From positions 1 to 54,098 of the forward strand of contig LCFM01000007.1 in NCBI GenBank assembly GCA_000999025.1: a stretch of 54,098 bases of DNA. Reading direction: 5' to 3'. Origin of the DNA: Parcubacteria group bacterium GW2011_GWA2_43_13 (lineage in GTDB: Bacteria > Patescibacteriota > Patescibacteriia > UBA9629 > GWA2-43-13). Each line of letters opens with the position of its first letter. The stretch's first letter is position 1. Shown one piece after another: positions 47,418-54,098 of this stretch. The notes beneath the pieces are model-generated. The model was given only the letters and a program-made list of their open reading frames with translations. It made no database searches and was not told the DNA's origin. The position numbers were made by a program, and so were the translations under genes.

Positions 47418-49220
47418 ATGATGCAGATGATTTCAAAAAGTTTTATAGCCATTGCTATTGGGCTTTGCATTGTAGTTGTGATTGGTATTTTTGTATTATC
47501 TCAAACGAGTTCAAGTAGTGTGTTAAGGCAAAGTGGTAGTTCGCACAAGGAACAAACAATCGTTCTTACTGACGATATATGGACAGAGAAAATGCCAACC
47601 AAGTCGCCTGCTCCTGCGGCTGGAAAAGTACGCGCGTTGTTTCTTCCGTATGATAATTCTGCTCTTTCTCACAATGCCACAGTGTTTGCTTCTATAAGCC
47701 ATCAGCCGATTAAACGGGTTATCATTATCGGTAGAGACGTGCCTCTGGCGCGTCTCCCCGTTGATGGAGACGCCCCAGGGGGGCGTCTCTACAACACAAC
47801 AGTCGCTTCGTGGGATACGCCGTTGGGTATTGTCCATGGAGATGCCAACGTTGTGGCGCAACTGGGCGGTTCGGGTGATGACGCGATATTTGAAAAAGAA
47901 CCAAGTATCACGGCTCATATTCCCTTGATTGCCAACTATTTTCCCAAAGCGAAAGTTATTCCTTTGATAGTAGGGAGTGATGTTACCATAGAAGACGCGC
48001 GAGAAAAAATCGCATCAATGTTGAATGACTCAACACTGCTTATCGCAAGCACACATCTCTCTTCTGATGCGCTTCAGCTGTTTCACGACGCGCATGCGCT
48101 ATCAGTGATCCGCTCTCTTGATGAGCAAAGCACTGTATCTCTTGACGTGGAATCGCCAAAAGCGCTTTCTCTTTTTATTTCTTTATTGAAATCAATGAAC
48201 ATTGGATCATCTGATGTTGTATCAGCGCAATCATTTGTATCTTTAGATAACAAACACACGGGAACAGCGGTGATTCGTTTTTATGAAAACGGCACAATAG
48301 CGTCTCGGCCGGTATCGCTGTTGTTTTTTGGGGATATGATGCTCGGTAGAACTGTTGAGCAAAAGGTAACGCATAACAATCTTGATGTGCTGTTTGAAAA
48401 CATGGTTCCTGCAGGCGCGAAAGAATTTTTTGGACAAGACGCGCTCATTTCAAATTTGGAAGGGCCGGTGGTGCAAACGCGTACGCCGAAATTTAAAGAG
48501 ATTCAGTTTGGGTTTGATCCGGTGGTTGTGCCGCAACTCAAGTCATGGGGTTTTGACGCGTTTTCTTTGGCAAATAATCATGCATTAGATCAGCATTACG
48601 CAGGGCTTGAAGAAACAAAAAAACATATAGAAGGTAATGGGCTTGTGTGGTTTGGCGATCAGGTGAAGGAGTCAAATGAGAATGTAAAATTTATTGAGCA
48701 GGCCGGAAAAAAGATCGCCTTTATTGGGTTTAACACCACTGACAATCCGTTTTCCATAGAAGAAATGAAAAGTGTGGTAGAAAAAGCAAAAGAACAATCC
48801 CAGATTGTCATTGTGATGATGCATTGGGGGAATGAATATCAGTATCTTGGATTTTCTCCGCAACAGCAAGAGATAGCGCACGCGCTTGCAGATAGCGGCG
48901 CAGATGCGGTGATCGGCGGTCATCCGCATGTTGTTCAGCCCATGGAAGTGTATCATGGTGTCCCGATTTTTTATTCATTAGGTAATTTTATTTTTGATCA
49001 GTATTTTTCACAACCCACGCAAGAAGGGGTGGCTCTTGGGTTGGTCGTGGATCAGTCAACAATTCAAGCGTATGTGTTTCCATTTTTTTCACGCGGATCA
49101 ATTCCGTCTTGGATGCCTCGGGATCAATCTGAATTGTGGCTGAACGCGTTTTATGAAAAATCGCTTATGGCCGAGGCATCAAATGTGCAAGGCAGTGCGG
49201 TAACCATAGATCGGAAATAA
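47418..49220 (+). CDS. Membrane-anchored MEMO1/AmmeMemoRadiSam-B-like domain fused to a CapA (PGA_cap) metallophosphoesterase
   Basis: WDTPLG, EPSI, IASTHLS (degenerate MEMO); FGDMMLGR, NLEG, LANNH.LD, HWG.EY, GGHPHV, YSLGNF. Confidence 0.82.
   Translation: MMQMISKSFIAIAIGLCIVVVIGIFVLSQTSSSSVLRQSGSSHKEQTIVLTDDIWTEKMPTKSPAPAAGKVRALFLPYDNSALSHNATVFASISHQPIKRVIIIGRDVPLARLPVDGDAPGGRLYNTTVASWDTPLGIVHGDANVVAQLGGSGDDAIFEKEPSITAHIPLIANYFPKAKVIPLIVGSDVTIEDAREKIASMLNDSTLLIASTHLSSDALQLFHDAHALSVIRSLDEQSTVSLDVESPKALSLFISLLKSMNIGSSDVVSAQSFVSLDNKHTGTAVIRFYENGTIASRPVSLLFFGDMMLGRTVEQKVTHNNLDVLFENMVPAGAKEFFGQDALISNLEGPVVQTRTPKFKEIQFGFDPVVVPQLKSWGFDAFSLANNHALDQHYAGLEETKKHIEGNGLVWFGDQVKESNENVKFIEQAGKKIAFIGFNTTDNPFSIEEMKSVVEKAKEQSQIVIVMMHWGNEYQYLGFSPQQQEIAHALADSGADAVIGGHPHVVQPMEVYHGVPIFYSLGNFIFDQYFSQPTQEGVALGLVVDQSTIQAYVFPFFSRGSIPSWMPRDQSELWLNAFYEKSLMAEASNVQGSAVTIDRK
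47731..47793. repeat. Family B palindrome in frame inside the MEMO-CapA gene
   Basis: 63 bp encoding (G)RDVPLARLPVDGDAPGGRLY. Confidence 0.88.
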
Positions 49221-49226
49221 ACAGTT

Positions 49227-49310
49227 TGTAGAGACGTCCCCTTGGGGCGTCTCATTGTTTTCTGCTATACTGTAAAGAATAGTAGAGACGGGGTTAACCC
49301 CGTCTCTACA
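49227..49310. repeat. Two family B palindromes
   Basis: TGTAGAGACGTCCC...GGGGCGTCTC and GTAGAGACGGGGTTAACCCCGTCTCTACA. Confidence 0.85.
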
Positions 49311-49317
49311 AAAAAGT

Positions 49318-50667
49318 ATGGCATCACACAACAACAAACATCAAAATCACACAGCGCATATTGTTGCCGTTGATATGGGATATGGTCATGAGCGGCCGGC
49401 GTATTCGTTAAAACACCTTGCGCGCGACGGCGAAGGAGTGATTGTGGCGAACAATTATCGTGGTATCCCGTGGAAAGACCGTTTTTTGTGGGAGAGTTCG
49501 CGCACGCTGTATGAAACATTGTCCCGCGCAAAGGCGGTGCCGTTTGTTGGAAAATATATTTTTGGTATTTTAGACCAAATGCAAGAGATTCAGCCATTTT
49601 ACCCTGCGCGCGATCTTTCGCACCCAAGCGCGCAAACGCGCCAAATTTACGCGGCTTTCAAATTAGGGTTGGGCAGGGATTTAATAGATCGTCTTCGGGA
49701 TAATCCTATCCCGTATATCACGACATTTTTTATCACCGCGTTCATGGCAGAGGAATTTGACTATCCGGGTGATATTTTTTGTATTACCACAGATACTGAT
49801 ATTTCTCGCGCATGGGCGCCTTTGGACCCGCGTAAAAGCAGAATCCAGTATTTTGCCGCCACAGGCAGATGCGTGGAGCGATTAAAACTCTATGGCGTGC
49901 GGGAAGAAAATATCCATTTGACAGGATTTCCATTGCCGCCTGATTTAATTGGCGGCGCTGATGCGGATATCGCGGTAAAAGCGCTTCGACGGCGATTGCA
50001 TGTGCTTGATCCGCGTGGCGTGTTTCAATGTAAATATGGGAAAGTGGTATCACGCACATTAGGTGAAACAAGCCCGCCTCGTTCTGCTCCGCCACCAACA
50101 GTGCTGTTTGCTATTGGAGGAGCAGGGGCTCAAAAACAGCTGGCTCTTACGATTATGCATAGTTTGCGTCATGTGATCGCGCGTGGCGAGATTCGGTTGA
50201 TATTATGTCCGGGTACGCGGTTGGGCGTAGCTCAATGGCTTGAACGGTATGCGCGGTATTGGAACTTAGGGAGTGCGTTAGGAAAAAATCTTATCATTTT
50301 CGCGGCAAAAAAACGGAAAATTTATTTTGAAGAATTTACCCGCTTGCTTGCTGAAGCAGATATTTTATGGACCAAACCCTCGGAATTGAGTTTTTATACC
50401 GGATTGGGTTTGCCGATTATAGCTTCGTATCCGATCGGGTCGCAAGAAGAGTATAACCTTCACTGGTTACATCAAGTAGGCGGTGGCGTATCTCAACCGG
50501 ATCCGCGGTATGCTGGCGAATGGTTGATTGATTGGATTGAATCAGGCGCATTGGCGCGCATGGCATGGCATGGGTTTGTCGAGGCGCCGACTCATGGCGC
50601 GTATCGTATAGAGAATGTGGTGTTTGGCAAAAAAATGCCGATAGAGGAACTGCCGTTGATTGTTTAA
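49318..50667 (+). CDS. GT-B glycosyltransferase-like protein (MGDG synthase-like)
   Basis: DMGYGHER, TDTDISRAW, TGFP, GGAG, ADILWTKPSE, PIGSQE..N. Confidence 0.65.
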   Translation: MASHNNKHQNHTAHIVAVDMGYGHERPAYSLKHLARDGEGVIVANNYRGIPWKDRFLWESSRTLYETLSRAKAVPFVGKYIFGILDQMQEIQPFYPARDLSHPSAQTRQIYAAFKLGLGRDLIDRLRDNPIPYITTFFITAFMAEEFDYPGDIFCITTDTDISRAWAPLDPRKSRIQYFAATGRCVERLKLYGVREENIHLTGFPLPPDLIGGADADIAVKALRRRLHVLDPRGVFQCKYGKVVSRTLGETSPPRSAPPPTVLFAIGGAGAQKQLALTIMHSLRHVIARGEIRLILCPGTRLGVAQWLERYARYWNLGSALGKNLIIFAAKKRKIYFEEFTRLLAEADILWTKPSELSFYTGLGLPIIASYPIGSQEEYNLHWLHQVGGGVSQPDPRYAGEWLIDWIESGALARMAWHGFVEAPTHGAYRIENVVFGKKMPIEELPLIV

Positions 50668-50668
50668 T

Positions 50669-51952
50669 ATGAGGATTTCTCGCTCGCATGAAGATAATCG
50701 AACATATCGCAACTCGCACCATCGGGATAATCTTTTGGCATTTCCGAAAAATTTTGAATGGGGCGCGGCAACAGCGCCGCATCAGGTAGAAGGCAATAAT
50801 ATTCACAGTGATTGGTGGCAATGGGAGCCGGGTCATGTCGCGCACAATCAAACATCAGGCGAGGCGTGCGATCATTATCGCATGTTTCAATCTGATTTTG
50901 ATACCATACAACAGCTCAATCATACCGCGCATCGGCTTGGCATTGAATGGGCGCGGCTTGAGCCGAAACAGGGCGAGTGGGATCAGGATGCGATTGAGCA
51001 TTATCATGATGTGTTCCGCGCGTTAAAAAAACGCAACATAAAAATAATGCTGACACTGCATCATTTTACAAACCCGCTATGGTTTAGCGAGCAAGGGGGA
51101 TGGGAGAAAAAAAAGAATATCAAAGCGTTTTTGCGGTTTGTTGAGTTTGTTGCTCAAGAGTATCATGAATATATTGATTGGTGGATTACAATCAATGAGC
51201 CAATGGTGTATCTTACTGAAGCGTATATTTTTGGACACCGGCCACCGCAAAAGATATCGCTGTGGATAGCGTATCGAGTGTATCGCACAATGGCGTGCGC
51301 GCATCGGCTGGCGTATAAAAAAATTCACGAGATTGATCCTCATGCCCGTGTCGGGCTGGCGCACAATGTTTCATCTTATCACGCCTATCGCAAACATGCG
51401 TTTTTGGATCAATTGTTTGAAATGATACTTGATCGTGTTACCAATCATGCGTTTTTAAAAAAATCAGGATTCCCTCAATGCCATGATTTTTTAGGACTGA
51501 ATTATTATTTTCATATCCGCATCAAACATGTGCGCCTGATGAGTATACTGAAAAATTTTGATATTTTTGAACCAGTGATGACAGAACGGCGCGATACGTC
51601 TGATATCGGCTGGGAATTGTATCCGCATGGGTTATTTAATGCGCTGATGGATTTTGCCGATTCAGGCAAGCCGATATATATCACGGAAAATGGCATTGCG
51701 ACAGATGATGATAAAAAACGGCAAAAATTTATTCATGAATATATTACTGAAATCTGGCATGCCATCAACGGCGGCGCGGATGTGCGCGGGTATTTTTACT
51801 GGTCGTTACTTGATAATTTTGAATGGGAAGCTGGGTTTGGTCCGCGATTCGGGCTTGTGCATATTGATTATCAAACTCAAAAGCGCACGCTCAAACAAAG
51901 CGCGCATCTGTACGCGGAAATTTGCAAGAAAAATGGGATAGAAGCATCGTAG
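50669..51952 (+). CDS. Glycoside hydrolase family 1 (beta-glucosidase)
   Basis: FPKNFEWGAAT..HQVEG, TLHHF, TINEP, ITENG, WSLLDNFEW. Confidence 0.92.
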   Translation: MRISRSHEDNRTYRNSHHRDNLLAFPKNFEWGAATAPHQVEGNNIHSDWWQWEPGHVAHNQTSGEACDHYRMFQSDFDTIQQLNHTAHRLGIEWARLEPKQGEWDQDAIEHYHDVFRALKKRNIKIMLTLHHFTNPLWFSEQGGWEKKKNIKAFLRFVEFVAQEYHEYIDWWITINEPMVYLTEAYIFGHRPPQKISLWIAYRVYRTMACAHRLAYKKIHEIDPHARVGLAHNVSSYHAYRKHAFLDQLFEMILDRVTNHAFLKKSGFPQCHDFLGLNYYFHIRIKHVRLMSILKNFDIFEPVMTERRDTSDIGWELYPHGLFNALMDFADSGKPIYITENGIATDDDKKRQKFIHEYITEIWHAINGGADVRGYFYWSLLDNFEWEAGFGPRFGLVHIDYQTQKRTLKQSAHLYAEICKKNGIEAS

Positions 51953-51998
51953 TATACCTGTTATTTGTTTCTTGTTTTTTGTCGTTAGGTATCTTTCT

Positions 51999-52895
51999 AT
52001 GTGGTTATGGATTGTATTGATTGCTCATTTATTGAACGCGTTGTCTTTTGTTGTGAGTAAATTCATTCTGGGCCATATACAGGTAAAGCCGGCAGGGTAC
52101 GCCGGCATTATCGGAATCGCCAGTATTGTTGTGACTGCTCTCGTTCCATGGGGGTTTAGCCCATTGTCATTCGGCAGTGCGCTGATTGCTCTTGCAACAG
52201 GTGCGGTGTTTATTTGGGCGGTTTATTTCTTTTTTGTCGCTTTGGATTCAGATGAGGTTTCAACTGTCGTGCCTGTTATCGGCGCCACGATTCCAGTGAT
52301 TACTCTTATTTTTGCCGCAATTTTTTTAAGAGAGCGTCTTTCATTTTCTCTCTATGTGGCAGTTGGCGTGCTTATCATTGGCACTATATGTATGCTATGG
52401 AAAGGGGGGATGAAGCTTCGCGGGGCGCGTCGTCAATCGTTGCGCGTGGCTGTTATAGCGGCTGTGCTGTTTGCGTTATCATCAATCGGGATGAAATATA
52501 TTTTTAATCACACTGATGTTATCAATGGATTTATTTGGACTCGATGGGGATCGGTGGCGGGTGTTGGTGTTTTTTTGCTATCGCCTGTACAAAAAAAATA
52601 TGTGAAAGATGCGTTTCGTGTATTGTTTTCAAAATCAGGGTTGGTATTCGGGTTGGGAGAATCATTCGGTGGGGCTGGGTTTATTGTATTGACATACGCG
52701 CTGTCTCTTGCGAGCCCGACAGTGATTAATGCTTTGCAAGGGGTTCAGTACGCGCTCTTGCTTGCGATTGCGATTTTGGGTTGGATATTCAAACCGGATC
52801 TGTTAAAAGAATCATTCACCAGGCGCGAGATTATTTTTAAAACAATCGGAATCGTATGTATTGGCATAGGCGTATGGGTTATTGCTGGTTTGTAG
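51999..52895 (+). CDS. EamA/DMT family transporter
   Basis: About 10 TM segments, FLRERL; its stop codon TAG lies inside a family B repeat. Confidence 0.8.
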   Translation: MWLWIVLIAHLLNALSFVVSKFILGHIQVKPAGYAGIIGIASIVVTALVPWGFSPLSFGSALIALATGAVFIWAVYFFFVALDSDEVSTVVPVIGATIPVITLIFAAIFLRERLSFSLYVAVGVLIIGTICMLWKGGMKLRGARRQSLRVAVIAAVLFALSSIGMKYIFNHTDVINGFIWTRWGSVAGVGVFLLSPVQKKYVKDAFRVLFSKSGLVFGLGESFGGAGFIVLTYALSLASPTVINALQGVQYALLLAIAILGWIFKPDLLKESFTRREIIFKTIGIVCIGIGVWVIAGL

Positions 52896-52979
52896 AGACG
52901 CCACCCTGTGGCGTCTCTGGAGATGCAAAGACAGAGACACCCCCTGCCAAAGGTGGGCAGGCAAGGGGTCGTCTCTACA
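52891..52979. repeat. Family B composite palindrome with nested CCTGCC/GGCAGG
   Basis: TGTAGAGACGCCAC/GTGGCGTCTCT ... AGAGACACCCC...GGGGTCGTCTCTACA. Confidence 0.8.
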
Positions 52980-52989
52980 GATGACGTAT

Positions 52990-53793
52990 ATGAAAAAAAA
53001 ATCAATCATAAAAACAATTGAGCGCTTTGTCTTGGAGTTATTTTTAATCACAAGCGCGATTGCGATTTTTCTTTTGATTGCAACGGTTACATGGAATTCA
53101 TACAGTCCGCGTCATAATCAAGCATGGGGAGCAACATTTAGTATCCCGTATGCCCATTATTTAGGATTGGATTGGAAAAATGTTTTTACAAACAGCATGG
53201 ACGATCTTGGTATTCGTTTGTTTCGCATTCCTGTGTATTGGAACACAGTGGAGCGGCAACAAGGCACGTATGATTGGACAGCGTATGATTGGATTGTGGA
53301 TGAGGCGGAAAAACGAAACGCGTCATTGGTGTTTGTTATAGGCAACCGCGTTCCGCGCTGGCCTGAATGTCATCCTCCTGAATGGGTGGCTCGGCTTTCG
53401 GATACAAAGCGGAACAAGGCGATTGAATCGCTGTTACGGGAAACGGTTCTTCATTTTAAAGAGAAACAAACGATCATACGGTGGCAAGTTGAAAATGAGC
53501 CGTTTTTAAAATTTTTTGGAGAATGTCCGCCATTGGATGAAGCGTTCTTTAAGCAAGAAATAGCATTGGTCCGATCCCTTGATCCAGTACGGAAAATTCA
53601 AGTTACGGAAAGCGGAGAGCTGTCATCTTGGTTGCGCGGCGCGCAAATCGGCGATGTGCTGGGTATCAGCGTATATCGGACAGTGTATAATTCTTTGGTG
53701 GGATTTGGAGAATATCCGTTTGGTGAAACATTTTATCAAATCCACTGCCAATGCTTTCTGAAAATTTCACAAAACGAAATATTTTTGCTATAA
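52990..53793 (+). CDS. Clan GH-A glycoside hydrolase (GH5/GH42-like), apparently C-terminally truncated
   Basis: TM anchor; RIPVYWN.VE, PRWPECH.P.W, WQVENEPF; the last ~19 aa are antisense to another gene. Confidence 0.65.
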   Translation: MKKKSIIKTIERFVLELFLITSAIAIFLLIATVTWNSYSPRHNQAWGATFSIPYAHYLGLDWKNVFTNSMDDLGIRLFRIPVYWNTVERQQGTYDWTAYDWIVDEAEKRNASLVFVIGNRVPRWPECHPPEWVARLSDTKRNKAIESLLRETVLHFKEKQTIIRWQVENEPFLKFFGECPPLDEAFFKQEIALVRSLDPVRKIQVTESGELSSWLRGAQIGDVLGISVYRTVYNSLVGFGEYPFGETFYQIHCQCFLKISQNEIFLL

Positions 53794-54097
53794 TCGGATT
53801 TCTTGGTTGCGAAAAATCTTCTTTTAGTATCAATTCTATCTTTTTAGGAAGTGCGCCTGGGTTAAAAAATTCAAATCTATCGCTAAATACCCTGATTCTG
53901 GCATTTCCACTACTAAAATAATCTGTATGAATCAATAAATTAACCAGCGCCTCCCTAATTGCTTGTAAATGTGGGGGGTCATCATCCCGTATCCCCTGCT
54001 TAACAGAAAAAGGGACTTCTACCCTTTTACTTAAACGCTCATAGATATCAAAAAATGCATCGAATAAATTCTTCTCAGAAGAGATCCGAAAAGAATA
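53666..54097 (-). pseudogene. Partial ATP-binding/HATPase_c_4 (Schlafen/AlbA-associated) protein; runs off the window end and appears truncated near 53725
   Basis: Reads ...AIREALVNLLIHTDY...FEFFNPGAL...SQPRNPIIAKIF...ESIGSGFDKM. Confidence 0.7.
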
Positions 54098-54098
54098 G

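Overview
Bacterial chromosomal window, most likely Patescibacteria/CPR (inferred from gene content and A/T-rich, mostly Shine-Dalgarno-less starts; TGA is a stop codon). It has a core backbone: aspS, scpAB, tpiA, a tRNA-Thr/Tyr/Thr-rpmG-tRNA-Trp cluster, typA, copA, sod, proBCA, proS and folC. Accessory genes are interleaved: two toxin-antitoxin pairs, a methylase/DUF262-HNH defence cassette, an HD hydrolase, a radical SAM-B3/4-methyltransferase operon next to a second ProRS, and sugar-modifying enzymes. Best leads: (1) an apparent methionine-sensing leader-peptide attenuator (7 Met in 19 codons, complete 1:2/2:3/3:4 pairing) in front of a SAM hydrolase; (2) a 28-aa tandem-repeat protein whose repeats vary mainly at the first two bases of NNT codons (DGR-like), bracketed by a duplicated aspS 3' end; (3) a GTAGAGACG...CGTCTCTAC palindrome family inserted in frame into three genes; (4) a SAM/proline/tRNA-editing cluster next to a Pro T-box-controlled proline operon; (5) a duplicated structured element directly 5' of two tRNAs. 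All protein family calls come from motif recognition by eye; no database searches were run.
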